From: Lytechinus pictus
Taxonomy: Eukaryota
Assembly (NCBI RefSeq): GCF_037042905.1
Contig: NC_087251.1
Coordinates: 7,752,001-7,816,000 of the forward strand
Direction: 5' to 3'
DNA: 64,000 bases
Shown here: positions 12,501-26,800 of the stretch, one piece after another
Numbering within the stretch: position 1 is the stretch's first letter
How the letters are laid out: every line of letters begins with the position of its first letter
Position numbers and translations under genes: made by a program
Notes under the pieces: model-generated
Told to the model about the DNA's origin: nothing
What the model saw: the letters and a program-made list of their open reading frames with translations, nothing else
Databases searched by the model: none

Positions 12501-15418
12501 ATTTATTGAATTGGCATCATAAATCAACATTATGGTGGGAAAAGATGAATGGTGGAAAATGACAATTAAAATGCCAAAATCATATAGGTTTGACCAATTC
12601 GTTTGAATTAAATATCGAAAACAACAGAGTGTTCTGCATGGATATAAGTTCATTTGAATGCATGATAATGGTATGTTGCCATGGTAACGCCTGATTACTT
12701 TACTAATGCAACTCGTGAATTTAATATGAGATGAAAATTAAGTGTAAACAATGTAGGAATGTCTGAATTTATTTCAGGTCATAATTCATAATTTTTTGCT
12801 TGTCAAATTTTCCAGCCCCTTGCCCCCCCCCTACTTTTGGGAAAGATTTCCGCCCCTGATTCAGAGAAAAAACGAGACATTTTAAGCACTTTTGTAATGA
12901 TGTTTTATGTTACAAACCGAGAATGACTTGAAAACAAGACATGAATAATGAAACAAACGGGCAATGCGGGTGCGTAGCGCAGGCTGAATAGTTATTTTGT
13001 TCTAAATGAAGGGTACAGGTATTTGTCGGTCCCCCAACTCTCATTTTCGTCTTGTCTTCTTCCTTTTATTTTCCTTCCTCTTTTTTTTTAATTTCATTAT
13101 TTTCCTATTCCGGCCTTGATTGATACCTCTTCCGTTGTCTTTTTTGCGACGCGGCCATTTTTTCTTCTTTATACTCTTTTACATTTTCCTCTCTCACTTC
13201 TCCTATGATTTCTTTTCTATCTCACCCCTCTCACCCTCTCTCTCCGTTTAGCTGAGGGTGACGGCAAATAAAAGCCCCTCGGTCGTCAACGATTTATCAT
13301 GGAGCAGGCAGATAAGCTGACGTTTACAGAAATGTTGAAAGATGATCAAAAGAGTTTGTCACTGTTCACCATAAATATTTCGAGATTTAATTGTAATCAT
13401 TGTCCCGGCCCAAAGTGTTTGGGAAAAAGTTTTACAAAAATTATCTTGCTCTATAACGAATCGTAGGGTCATCAATGCTAAAAAATGAGACTTTGATGTT
13501 TATCACTAAATACCGACGTACAAACAACTTAGATATATAGGGATGGTTTTTTGTTCTGGGGTGAAGCCACTCCCCCGGTTCCGCGGCCCCTGGCATGCAG
13601 GCTGGCATGTCTTCTAGGCTATTATCGATCGTAATACTGGTTTTTTATGTGGCGTATTCATATTTTGATGATTACCAATATTATTTACTCAGAGTATGAC
13701 ATTTGGGGATAATTTAATTGGAATGATGGAAATAGATGTGTAATTAGGCCTATATGTGATAACTTATGAGCCTAATGATACATATATTTTATGGTAGGCC
13801 CATACGCATTATCTGCATGCCTATCTGATTCATATCTATAAATCTAAATAAAATAAAGAATTTAAATGAATAAATAAGAAAAAATCTCCCACTAATGGGC
13901 CTATATCATAGGCCTTTTGAACTCGGTCAGTAGTTTCCTGATTGATTTGAATAGATGAAACTTTGTCATGTTTCTGGAGATTTCCTTTTTTTATTGTGTT
14001 TTGTTTGAAAACGGAACAGGATTTAAATTGACCAATTTATTTTGAACAAATAGAATTTTCTTGAGTGCCTTTTTCCCTCTCCTATTATTGACGGAAGTTC
14101 GAATATGAACTTAAACCAGCGAGGTGATTAAATATTTATTGTTGTTTTTCAAGATGAGCTTTTATTTAATGAAAGTCAATATAAGGGAATCCCCCAAAAA
14201 AATATTATCGGAGTTCAGGGTTCAAGGTTTATGCACATCAACATTTCATATTTTCAAAAAATCAACAATTCAATACAAACAATAATATTATACAATAGGC
14301 CTACAAGTTTTCATAGATAAGCATAAATAAACATCGTAAAAATATGAAACGTGTACATAATATAACAATAGAAAAAAATACTAGAATGTATTCTTGTAAT
14401 TGGTTCTATTATGACAAAGAAAGAAAATGAGAGATGGATATGAGGGAGCTAAAAGTAAAAGCAAAGCTTGTTGGTTGAAGGCTCCAAAGAATTATGCAGT
14501 TAGAGTCCCATAAAAATATCAATACGACAAGAAAAAGTAAAGAGTAAACAAAAAAGTGGGATACACGAATACATATACTTGATAAATAATGAGTCAAGAT
14601 AGTGTAAAAGCAACAAATTTGAATTAGAACCTGAAGGAGGATGCAAATAATTATTTCTAGTAATAAAAAAATAATAATGGAAATCAATGGTCACTGGCAT
14701 CAGGGGGCGATGAGCGGAAGGGACGAGGGGGTGGGGGGCACTCAAGTTGGATGAGTGGCGAAAATGGTTACTTTGAATGGCGAATGTGCTAAAAGAGCTT
14801 TATAGCGTTTTATTCATAAGAATGTAAATTCATCAATATTGATATTTTAAGTTAATTAAGTTAACTTAACTATATCAAGCATGTTATTCTATTATATATA
14901 TTGTTCTTTAAACATTTTTGTTCATGCTGACTCTTTTATCCGCTTCCGATTTTTTGTAAGCACCTTTATTATAGCACTGGTTAGGGTCATGGTCTTTATT
15001 GACAACAGTAATTTATTTGACCCAGTGGGTGCTCAATCTATATACTCTGTTCATGTTGTATTACATTAATTGTTCCAATTTCATATACTTTTCATTTTCA
15101 TTTCCGAAATAAATAAATAAATAATAATATACTCATAAAATTCATGAATGGATTAGAATCATATTCATATTATTAGACAATTGAAATCAGTTAAAAGTTT
15201 GTCGGGAAAGGTTTTTTGAAAATATGTATTTTATAAAAAATACGGAATAAAGTTTGGAGGATAAAAAAAACCGATATATAGGCGTAGATCAGTAACAAAA
15301 AGTTTGAGGCCCTAAAAATAATTGCACTTGGCGAAAGAAACATTTTATACAGTGTATAGTACTATAAAACTTGTAAACAATACATTTAATCACAACAAAA
15401 TTACTCACTTTCTCACTC

Positions 15419-16898
15419 CACTGGCGTAAATCCCGGGGGGGATGGGGGGGATATATCCCCCCCACTTTTCGAGGAGGGGGGGATGGCCTGTACAAACATC
15501 CCCCCCACTTTTTACGAAAGAAATGAAGAAAAAAATCTTAAGAGACAATTGTTTTATTGGTGAAAATTCTTCCTAAAATACCGCTTAACAAATAAAACAA
15601 TATTATTGAATCATAAAATGCAAATAAAGAGCCATTTCACCATTTCCAAACGAAATACTTATGTGCTTATTATAACATTGAAGAGAAACCCCCTTTTTCT
15701 TCCAATTCATCAATGTTGGGGTCTTTGGGAAGGGATTAAGATGGAATGTCAAAAATTTTTTAATGTAATCTCTAATAAAACCATTAAACCATCATGGGGT
15801 AAAAAAAGATAATAATATTGGAGGGGTATTTGCCATATGGACATACAGTGGCGTAACTATACGGGGGCATGGGGGGGTACATCCCCCCCCCCCATCGGCT
15901 GACAAAAAAAAAACGGGGAAAGGGGGAAAAGGAGAAAAAAAGGGAGAAAGGAAGAGAAACGTACGTAGTGGGAAAGAAGAAAATATAATTCATTATAATG
16001 TTATATTATATTATATATATAATATATATGTTACATTACAACTTTATGAAACATAATTTGCCCAGGGCTTACGTCTTTTTTTATTGTTCCTGGTGCTCGC
16101 ATTGTCTGTTTAACGAGATATATATAATCCTGTTGTACTAAAACATCCCGTTTTCAAGTCAATATAAACCAAATTTATTTCCTAGCACTTGAGTTATCAT
16201 TTGTTTTATGTAGTGACATATGCTTCTTTTTCATGACTCAAAAGTGATTCCCCAATGTTAAGGTCTTCGCATATATGAAACATTTCCTGTCCGTGATTAC
16301 GTTCACATTAGTGGATTGGTGAGATATGTCTGCTCTTCATGAATTCCTAAAATTTCCCTTCTTCTGATCTGAATATCAAAAATTTTCAGCTCGCGCTTCG
16401 CGCTCGCATCATTTGGTTAATGAAATACGTATTGTCCTAATTAATTCCTACAAAGAAACCTTAGAATGCCCCACTTCAGGTCTGAATTATCTAAGTTTTC
16501 AGCTCGCGCTTCGCGCTCGCATTGTTTAGCGAGACAGGTACCTATCATGATTACACAAATTTGATTATATTGTCCCTTTTTAGGTGTGAATATAAAAAAA
16601 TTTCAGCTCGCGCTTCGCGCTCGCATTATTTGATCAGTGACATACACCGTTTAATGACATTGTCCTTAAAATGTCTCTATTAGGTCAGTATAACTGGCAA
16701 CTTCGCGCGCTCACTAACGCACTCACTTATTGATTCAAAAATTTTGCTGGTGCCCCCCCCCCCCAATGCCGTGACCCACGGTACGCCACTGTGGACATAT
16801 CAATGACAATTCGTTGCATATCTAAAAACATGATTGCAAAAAAATGCCAAAATATTTCAGTCATCCCCCCCACCCATCAACACGGATTTACGCCAGTG
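15419..16898. mobile_element. Non-autonomous hAT-like element (outer)
   Basis: TIR CACTGGCGTAAATCC...GGATTTACGCCAGTG with 8-bp TSD TCTCACTC. Confidence 0.88.
15846..16791. mobile_element. Non-autonomous hAT-like element nested in 15419-16898
   Basis: TIR CAGTGGCGTA...TACGCCACTG with 8-bp TSD TGGACATA. It holds three internal TTTCAGCTCGCGCTTCGCGCTCGCAT repeats. Confidence 0.88.
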
Positions 16899-17330
16899 TC
16901 TCACTCAGAAGTGCAAGAAAAAAGGGTAGAAAAAAGAGTTAGACAGTATCAGGCCTTATAAACTACATGTATGAATGCGCGCGCTAAGCGAGCGGAGTTA
17001 GGGCAATGGTGAGCGGCGATTGGGCAGGCGCAAGGGGTGCCAAAAACGGCGAATTACGCAGCGGGGCTTCTAAGACATATAATTATTATCCTATGAAACG
17101 ATTTTCCAGTATTTTCGCTTTCAGATGACATATGGAAGTAAGCATATCGTAGCTAATTGAATGAAACATAAAGGAAAATGCGTAAACTGAGCGACGATTG
17201 GGCAGCGTACGGTACCTGCGCACGCGCAGAAACCCCCGGGGTCATATCATAGCAACATCGTAAACGGAGTGTGTGAATCGGCCATTACCGCTACGACGTG
17301 ACCAAATCATCAGATTTGTATAATAATTGC

Positions 17331-17403
17331 ATGAAAAATGGTGTAAACTACTTCAGATTGTCGATAGGCGATACTTTTTTAATATTTGTCATTCATGATT
17401 ATG
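17331..17403 (+). CDS. Candidate upstream first coding exon of the SPRY-TIR gene
   Basis: ATG at 17331 opens 73 nt (MKNGVNYFRLSIGDTFLIFVIHDY+G) ending at a strong GTAAGG donor in phase 1. This matches the acceptor at 23868 (GT AGA ATG) in frame. It lies just after a CpG-rich stretch (about 16975-17300). Confidence 0.4.
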
Positions 17404-19389
17404 GTAAGGGACTCCTTGACTCTGTGAATTCTTACTAATCCTAGTTATGATTCTCGGTCCTGCCTCATTACCTGAAAGGGCTGAAGTCAATAGAGTGCAG
17501 CTGGCTGCTGCCTATGGCTATGCTGCCACCGCTCAGCTCAGCACTTTGCCCGATGCCCTGCTGGCCGCTGCGCTGCGGAATTGACTGCGCCTACTTAGAC
17601 CAAAACTTAAAAGCTTCAGTCTTTTTATTTTGGTTGTTCCGCTGAACTGCGTTGGCTCCACTCACCACATGGTGAGTGAATGGGGATTATAGTAAAATGT
17701 AAATAAATTCCCAGAAACGACGGTTATTCCTGTCTAGTGCCTACCTAGTAGTAGTATAAGTCCCCAAGCCAACTTGGGCCAAGACCAAGTCTGCGCACCT
17801 AACGATTTTGAGTTAAGATTTAACATGAATTTATTTTTATTTCTCAAAATCTTTCATTTGGTAATTTTCCATAGATCTATATAATTATGAGTAAGTGAAC
17901 CAAATATAAGAATTTGAAAGAAATATATGAAATTATGTAATTTCCTCATCTTGGAAAATGTCGGGCAGTCATTTTCAATTTCAGATTGAACCAGAAAATG
18001 TTACGATACCCCATGGCCATGGGCCTGTTTCATGACAAGGTGTAGGAACGTCCTGACCTAGGACCATTCTTCCGAGATAGCGCTTCCGTTTCACGAAGGC
18101 AATTTTGTCTTTCAAGTCCACGATATTGATATCAGAAAAATATTTAGTCTTCATCGTCACTTGAACCTTTCATTTCAGAATGACGGCTTCATAATATCCT
18201 ATATTTCAATAAATGGAGATCAAATAATTTTTTTTTTTTAATGATTGTAGAATTTATGTATGGAGCTTATTTTTTTGAGGTAAAAAGAGAAAAATACTTC
18301 TCAATCATAACTTGATAAAATCAAAATTTTCATTATTTCCCTTTTGGCCTTATCTAGAACACGGTGCCCTTTTGACACCTTTCATTGACATTTCAATGAA
18401 AGAGACCCTTGTCCGACATAGAAATTGAAGAAACCAGTAATTACAACATTTTATTTGTTCAATATTCTGAATTTTTATAGAACACTTATTTATAGTGATA
18501 ATTTTGCAAATTATGCTTTAAATGTTATTTGTTGAGGTAAAAATAGGGTTTGAATGGAGTAAACAAAATCAACATGTCTGATTTTATTAGACTAAAAAGG
18601 AAAATATGAGAGGCTGCGTGTGAAATATCGAACTTATTATTTTTTTTGTCAGAAATAACGCCAGGAATACAAACGTGAGTGTTTAGAGTATTACCTTTGA
18701 GTCGAGACGTACATTATTGCTCTAACATGACCTTGTTAAGGTCATCTTGTCCAAAATACATGTTTTATTTCGATTTTGAATATAATGTATTTATAATGTA
18801 TTTATTTCCAAGACCAAAAATAGTAGGGGGGACATTTGATATTGTGTCCCCCCCCCCCCCTATTTTGGGAAGGGGGGACGCATCCCCCCTGTCCTCCCTG
18901 GGATTTCCACCCATGCCCAGAGAAGTTAAAAATGACATCCGTTTTGGGTCATCTTGCCATGCAAGACGACCTGAAATTGCTTACAGCCCCCATATAAAAA
19001 ATTAACTTGGCACCATCCCAGATGAAATACACTGGAGTGCAATCGATGACCCCCAAAAAAATGTTTCAAGGTAATATGTAAGTGTGGCTTGCCGTAAACG
19101 CATTTCTCTTAATGCCGACGGTGGCAGGCTGTGCAAAGCAGATCATGATTACGTAGGTGTCTGTCCAAGGACCATTCTTTGTTTCGCCCAAATCGGCTTT
19201 GACTCAGGGCTCCACACTATCCCTTTTTTTCTACTGGTCCAAATTATTCATGTCGGACCAGTAGATACCCAGTTTTTCAATTTTTTACTGGTCCAAACCT
19301 AAAATCTACTGGTCCCCCAAAATAAAGAAAACATTAAAAAAAGGCGCGAGTTCATTTTGCTGTCCTTTCTTGTTACCCCCCCGAACAAA

Positions 19390-20320
19390 AAAAAATGAAG
19401 GAATAAATGAAAGACAAAAAGAAAGCAAGACAGAAAGAAAGAAACAAAGAAAGAAAGAAAGAAAGAATAAAAGAAAGAAAGGAAGGAAGAAAAAAGAAAT
19501 GATAGATGTGAAGGAAGGAAAAAAATAAAGAACTATAGTAGGAAAGGAAGGAAGGAAAGAGAAAAAAAATAGGAAAGAAACAACAAAAATAAGAAAGAAA
19601 GAACATAAGAAATAAAGGAAAGAAGGAAAGAAATGAAGCAAGCAATAAAAAAGAAAAAAAAAGACAGGAAGTAGTGAAGGAGAGAAAGAAGAAGCAATAA
19701 AAAAGAAAGAAAGGGTAAAAGGAGAGATGGAAAGAAGGAAAAAAGAAAGAAAGAGGAAGGATTGAAAGAAGGAAGAAAGGAATTAAGGAAGATATAAAGA
19801 AAAGGTAAGAAATATAGAAGGAAGGAAGGGAAGGAAGGAAGTAAGCAAGCAATATAAAAAAAGAAAGAAAAGGAAAAAGAATAGATGAAAGGAAGGAAAA
19901 AAAAGACTGAGAGGCAAAGAAAGGAAGGAATGAAGGAAAGAAACAACGAAAGAAGAAAGGAGAGAAAGGAAGCAAGCAGTAAAAAAAGAAAGAAAAGGTT
20001 AAAGGATAGATTGAACGAAGGGAAAACAGAAAAGACAAAGAAGGAAGGAATGAATGAAAGAGAAAGGGCTGAAAGAAGGAAGAAATAAAAAACAAGAAAA
20101 GGTAAAGAAAGGGTGGATGGAAGGAAGGAATGAAAGAAAGAAAGAAGAGATAAATATAGGATGGATGGACTCAAGAATTAAAGAAAGAAAGAAATCAAAA
20201 AAGAAAAAGAAATAGAGAAAAAATGTTTTCTTAAAGGATAGAAAGAATGAAAGAACAAATTAAAGAAAAAAAGGGAAATTAAAAAAGTTAGAAAGATAGA
20301 AAGAAAACAGGAAGAAAGCT
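19390..20320 (+). repeat. Purine-rich (GAA/GGAA/GAAA) low-complexity tract
   Basis: About 0.9 kb, almost entirely A/G. It is the source of the spurious F/S/L-rich ORFs in the track. Confidence 0.9.
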
Positions 20321-20356
20321 AAAACTATCATATCATCATAATCAATGAAAGCATGT

Positions 20357-21270
20357 ATTAAGTCTTCTTTAACATACCAGCAAGACCCCATTTAAAAAGA
20401 TTACTTCTAACGGGTAGTAAATTGTATAAAAGTTTAAAATTAAATTCTCGTAAACGAAGCTCACTTATACATGTCAAGTTTCTTTTAAATACAGAAAACC
20501 AGTAAATATCAGTTTGCAGTATATTTTCCCAAAATATACAACATCTATTCGTATACCGTAATTCGGTCTTAAACAAATCAGATTATAAAAACGTTTACTA
20601 GTTATGTCACTCACTGCAACAAGCCTATCTCCAATAGAAAAAGCAGGAGTTTCAAGAGAGTAATTTAAATCATTCACTGTCTGTATATTTGTATAAAACT
20701 CTCTTAACCACACTTTTGGAATAGCTTTCTTTAACTTTGCATAATCAAATAACATACTTCTGCTTGCCTTTCTTTGTTGTAAGGCGAACTAGAATTTTTT
20801 CCATAGAAACAAACAGTCCTTCCTCAAAAAGATCCTGTACATAAATAATCTCACTATTGAACCAATCTTCATAAAACAAAGACTTATTATTCCAAACAAT
20901 GTTCTTATTATGCCATGTCACTTGTTTGTGAACATACATGTTTTTAACAGAACCAGTTTCACATGTGGTATTATTCTTTACATAACTCCATGCTTTTAAG
21001 ATTTCCAGATAAAAATCAGGAAGTTGAATACTTCGAAAATCTAATAAATTATAGTCATAGTTACAGTGCAACAGAAGATTTAAGCCACCGATACAATTAT
21101 AAATGTAATGAGACATATATCTTTCCATGGACCTTCACTATCATCTAATAGTCTTCCAAGCCATCTTAAACGAAAATAGAGTATTTGTTTGGTGATATCA
21201 GTCATTCGTTATCCACCTTGGCTTAGGAGTGTTGTTATGTATACTTTTAAAGTCGAAATTCATGTGAATA
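20357..21270 (-). mobile_element. Decayed L1/Tx1-clade LINE ORF2 C-terminal fragment
   Basis: Frameshifted pieces read QGG*RMTDI..FRLRWLGRLL..GPWK, LPDFYLEILKAW, WHNKNI..NNKSLFYEDW..IIYVQDL, YAKLKKAIPKVW and LREFNFKLLYNLLPVRSNLFKWG. These are typical of the post-RT region of L1/Tx1 ORF2. Confidence 0.82.
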
Positions 21271-23389
21271 CTTTTTGTTTACTTAAAATCAATACCGATA
21301 AAAACACAGATATAACAGTGACAGTCGCCTTTTGGTGTATACATAAAATGTTGCATAATAGAAATAGATATGGTATAGACAGAAGAGATTCAAGTTTGAA
21401 ATACCTTTTTGTAAGAGAAACAGAAAATATAATAACTACAAACAAAGAATTGAAGAAGCCAGATAAGAGATAGCCGGAGAAAATGTTAAATGTATTGTGA
21501 TGTTCAGTTTATTATGACATGTGTGATGAAATATGAATAAATCCCTCGTTTAGAGGTACAAAAAAAATCATATCGTAAATAAATTATATCAGTTTCTTTT
21601 TGGCTCAATTAAAATATAGCTACGAAAGAAAGTCAGAAACCAAGTGTATCAACACACACACAAATGCATATGTGGGGCTATCATGTATTCAGACGATATC
21701 ACTCAAAACCCGTTTCGAAATCTGTTTGAACTAAAACAGAAGTGAAAATTTCTCCTTTTACTGCTTACAAATGACAGAGGTACCCCAATTTTTAGGAAAT
21801 ATGGACATTATAAGAGCTTATCATGAGTGTGAACTGTGAATTTAGACAGTTCTGTGAGAGATTTCTGCCAGAGGTTAGCCAAGCTTCTTTCGAGCGGCCA
21901 GTAGAAAATTTACCATGTGGGCTGTGTGGCTGGCTACATGTACATGTACACTTTATGTTACCCTAGTGAAAATTACATGCGATTCATTCTGTGTGTATTC
22001 TGTGTGTGAATGACAGAAATTAACGGGAGCAAAATGGTTTGCAATTTGAGTCATGTAATATTTTTTATGTTTATGTTGGACCAGTGAATTTGACCGTTTC
22101 TGGAAAAGTTACTGGCCCAACAATGGTTTTTTATTACTGGTCATGTCGGACCCATAAATCTTGCTATTTTTGGAAAAATTACTGGCCCGACAATGAAATT
22201 TTTTAATTGTCATGTCGGACCAGTAAATCTTGCTATTTCTGAAAATCTTCTGACCCGACAGCGATTTTTACCGGTCAGGACCGTCGGACCGGCGCTAGTG
22301 TCGAGCCCTGGCTTTGTGAAAGAGTTGAGCAATATCTTGTTCTGATATAGAGCGGTTCTACTAAAAACCATTTCATGAGACGGGGCCCCAGGTCTGCGCA
22401 CCCATTCACTTTGCACGCGATTCAGGAATTTTGATGAAAAAGGCTGCATTTTGAGGCCGTCACATGAAATGCCAAAAATTTATTATTTTTCCACCATTTT
22501 GAGTCAGATTTTTTAATGAATATCTTTCTATGTATTGCATCATTTGCATGTGTAAAGTCTGTGGTCGTCGTGTATCTTCTTTTACTAGAATCGCGCAGAT
22601 AGGCATGTGCGCAGACAAGGGGGACTGCGCAGACTTGGTCAACTTGCCATAAAAGGAAAGCCTGCACTGCAGCATGCAGCATCATCATCATATCGACCGG
22701 GATGTCATGGATACAGGGTCAGGGCAAGGCCTAGACTGAAATGTCCGCTGTTTCGGCCTTCGCTCCGGAGGAGTTTTTATTTAATATTTTCTTATTTTTC
22801 TCAGTCTCACTGACAATGAGTGACAGACACCGGGATGCTGATTGCTAACGCTTGGCTTTTCAAGCCAGACAAATACGGTACTTTAAGTGCAGCAGAGCCA
22901 GAGAAATTGTTCAAAAACTTTGCGGACATTTATAAGGCTGAAATTCATTCAAAAAATATTAATATTTTATACAAAACCAATTAAAAATAATAGCTACTAG
23001 ATCTAAATGATGGCAAAATTGTAAACTAAAATTGTTACATTGACAAAAATGTTCAGCAGATTTAGGTTAAGGACGGACCTCGCATAAGTGTGACTGAGTG
23101 GGTCAAGGGGTTTCTCCGGTATTGTGATCTTAAAATTCTATTCCGCTTGAAAAATCCACTGTGAAAAAAGATGGACGGCAAAATTGTAAAGAATTGGTCA
23201 GTATCACGTTTTACTCGCTTAAATTTTTAACTAAGTGTCCAAACATTGGCCTATCCTTAATGTCTTCAGAAGTTCAAGAAGAAGAAGAAAAAAGTCTTCA
23301 AAGAGTAAGAATCAATCCATTTGAGACATGTTTTAAGAAAAGTGGAATCCATATTTTGTTTGAAATAAAAATCTGAGAATAGAAATATT

Positions 23390-23602
23390 CCAAAAATGTA
23401 TTTTGCCCAATTGATCATGAGCCTGGTAGCCACTTTGCAGTGCCAGATCAACGAGGCTCCATCCCTTAGATATTAATTGCCAAACAGGGTAGCAGCGACC
23501 CCCATCTCTTTTATGTCTTTTGGTCTGATGCGGACGAGTTTGAACTCCCAAGTCCCAACCTCCTGGTTTGAGACGAACGCTCTACCAGTTGAGCCAACAC
23601 AC
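23390..23602 (-). mobile_element. tRNA-derived SINE
   Basis: On the minus strand: A-box-like TGGCTCAACTGG, tRNA-like TAGAGCGTTCGTCTC and B-box-like GTTCAAAC, followed by a non-tRNA body. Confidence 0.65.
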
Positions 23603-23872
23603 CAGTTGGGTGTGTTGGCTGACTTGACTCACATGGGTATCAACAAGGCAGTTCATTTTTAAAGTAACAATTAACGTAAAAGATGATAGAAGTCAGAACT
23701 GAGGAGGAACAAGAAGAGAAAGAATGAAATAATTAACAGCCTGGATTAAGAGAAAGATCTTGAATTGAAAATATCGTACATGAGTGAAGATCGACTAGGA
23801 AAAAGAAGAAGACTAAAATTTTCTTAAGATGAAAAATTGAACTTTCCCTGATGTTTCTGAATCACAGGTAGA

Positions 23873-26800
23873 ATGAGTTCCATACAACACAGTGATTTGG
23901 TGGAGGTTGGTGAAGATGGAGCAATCATTAGAATACAAGATTTAGTTGAAGGCTGGGAACATGTTGTCTTTGCTCAAGAAACTGGATCACCACTCTCCAA
24001 TAGTCATCCAGCGTTCCGGGTTAAGGTTGTGCAATTAGGTAAGTTTATATCACATCTATTAACCCATTTGGGTCAATGTGACCACATTTTTGGGTTTAGC
24101 AAATTATAACTTGGTGGAAACCCCTCAAAATACCATGAAAAGAAAAAGTTAACATTTTTGCAATACTGTTCCCAAATTGTAATTTTGGCATCATTTATCT
24201 TCTACACATTGCAAAAATTGTTTTGGAAAGTTAAGTCCTGAAATGGGATTTGGTCTTTAGAAACATTACTATCACTATTTTCATTCAAATAGGGAAATGT
24301 CTAATTTGTGTTAATTCTATTTACTATTTCTGATACATGAACTTTGAAATGAAAAAAAAATCAGCGATAACATTATTTATCAACTTTCTTACTTATTTTG
24401 ATTTCGATCTATATTCAATTGATCTACTGCTAATTCGTCCAATGAATCTACTCTCATTTGGTCTGCCATCATTTTGTCCACTATCCACTTGGTCTAATTG
24501 CCATCTCATCCACTCACCCTTTCGTCTAACAACCAGTTGGTCCAATAGCCATTTAGTCCACATACCATTCAGTCTAATAGGAATAAGTGTTGGGCAAAAT
24601 TAATGGAAATGAAATGGATATTAGACCAACTGGTTAGAAGACAAAATGGTCATAGACAAACTGGTAATTAGATAAAGTGATGATTGGACCAAATGGTTGT
24701 TAGACGAAGTGTTGATGGACGGAATGTCATTAGACTAAATGAAGGTACATGTAGACCATTTGGGGAGTAGACGAGTTGGCAGAAGACGAATTGGAAATTT
24801 ACCCTTATTTTGATAGTTTAAAAAACAATTTGATCAAATAAGGCTTTAGATTATTCATGAATCAAGATGAAAAATGATAAGAATTGCTTCACGTATTTTA
24901 AGTGTTTACAAAAGACCTTATAATGTTGTATGGTAGATTTTATTTAGTTCAAAAGTATTGTCAGCCTCTATTAAAGAAATATGGGGATATACAGTGTAGG
25001 GCAAGTCCAAGAATTCGCACGCGTTATGTATGGGACATTTCGAGGCTTTAATGACCTGAAAATAGTGTTTAATGACTTTGATTAGATTGAATACCCTCAT
25101 GATGGTAGACATCTAGGAGAAGAATAATCATGCACTAATGGTGAAAAATAACCTTGACCTTGACCTTTTAGAGAGAAAAGATGTGCCGCTACGTATGGGA
25201 CGTAGAAAAAAGACAATTTTTAAAACATTTTTTCAAGTTGAGAATTCTCTTAAAGTATTTCATTTGACAACTTGTAACTTAGTGTGATAGAAGTCACAAC
25301 ACTCTAGTATATCTAAGGCAAGTTTCATGCCATAAGCCCAAACCCTCTAATTACAGACTCTAATTAAACAAATTAATGACATGTAACGTATGGGACAGTT
25401 ACGTATGGGACATTTTGTCCCCAAAGAGAATGTACACAATTTTTCCCATAATTTCAAAAATTAAAATAATTTGAAATATGTACAGAACAAATAATTTTTT
25501 TTCTTTTGAAATGTTCTATTTTGAGACATATTTGATATGACTGAAAAGGAAATTAGCCTTTTCAACAATTTTTTTTCTTGTTTTTCATGGTTTCATGAAT
25601 TTCTTATGAATTTCTATTGTTTTTTATTTTTTTCATATTTTTCAATTTTCACAATTTTTTCATTTCGATTGTTTTCATTAATCAGTATTCATAAGAAATC
25701 AGTCTTTAAAAACTAAAGAAAAGGTAAATAATCACTTTTTTTAGCACTCTTGAAATTTGTTTTTCTCCACTCACTTTGTACACATATCTCCCCATTGACA
25801 TTGTGTGCAAATGTCCCATACGTAACATGTTGTCCCATACGTAACAATTTTTTAATTAACTTTTAATTAAAAAGTAAACTATATTTTGAAACTTTTTTTG
25901 GTATAACATTTTAATACTTAATAAATTAGAACTTCCCAGAGATGCAACAATACAAGTATTGTATTATGAGAAATAACTTAAACAAACATCCTCAAAATGT
26001 TACGTATGGGACATTCCATTCTTGGACAAGACCTAATTTGCATATTTAATTAGATGACACCACTTTTTGTCCCCAAAGGCAATAAGATGTTAGGGGCTCC
26101 ATGTCCCACCTATGACTAAATCTTACAAATTTTGTTTTGATTTTCTATGAGTTTTTATAATTGTCCCAAATGTAACGCCCATTTTACCAATTATGCAAAT
26201 TAGGTGCCCTAAATTAGCATAAATATGCATATTATGAAATTTTTCTCAATGAAATTTTAAAATTCAACATTTGTGCTTTCTTACCCCATCAAAGATAACT
26301 TCTTAAATTAAAAATGAAATTTTGCCTTCTAGGGTGACCTTTTCTTGGACTTACCCTGTACACTGAATAGTTCCTAACCGATTCAAGAGAATACTGTATA
26401 AGCTGTTATTTTCGCAGATTGCTGATCGGCCGCGAAAACGCTCAAAAATATTGACACATTTATCAGTCAGTGCCAGTGTCCTCAACAGCAAAGTTTTGCT
26501 ACTGAAAACATCCTGTGAAGTGAATAAAATGAGATATGCACCTTTATATGTACAAAAAATAAGGTTTAGAAAGTACAGTTAGTGATTCAAAAAGTTAGCT
26601 AGAATTTCACTTTTTTTTTTCTCAAACAAAATCAGAGCCTAAACTATTTTCTTACATAATTCTATCAATATTAATTCACTCACTGTAATATTAGAATGTA
26701 TTTTCCATGAAATAATTTGATTTTATTGTCATCTGATTGACTATATACACACGTTTTGGCAGCTATTTGCATACTCATTAATATTCATAAGTCACATGAC

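Larger units (their letters stand above)
19205..22310. mobile_element. Composite hAT-like element (about 3.1 kb)
   Basis: TIR CAGGGCTCCACACTA...TAGTGTCGAGCCCTG, with repeated subterminal GTCGGACCAGTA/TACTGG(T/C)CC motifs at both ends. The TSD is degenerate (GCTTTG near both flanks). Confidence 0.65.

Noticed and set aside
19306..20174. Long F/S/L-rich or K/E/R-rich ORFs (also 8354-9151 and 49723-50109)
   Set aside because: These are artefacts of purine-rich low-complexity DNA that lacks stop codons.
23520..23602. Functional tRNA gene (also the A-box-like piece at about 40290-40350)
   Set aside because: No complete cloverleaf is visible and the sequence continues into a SINE-like body. Treated as SINE heads.
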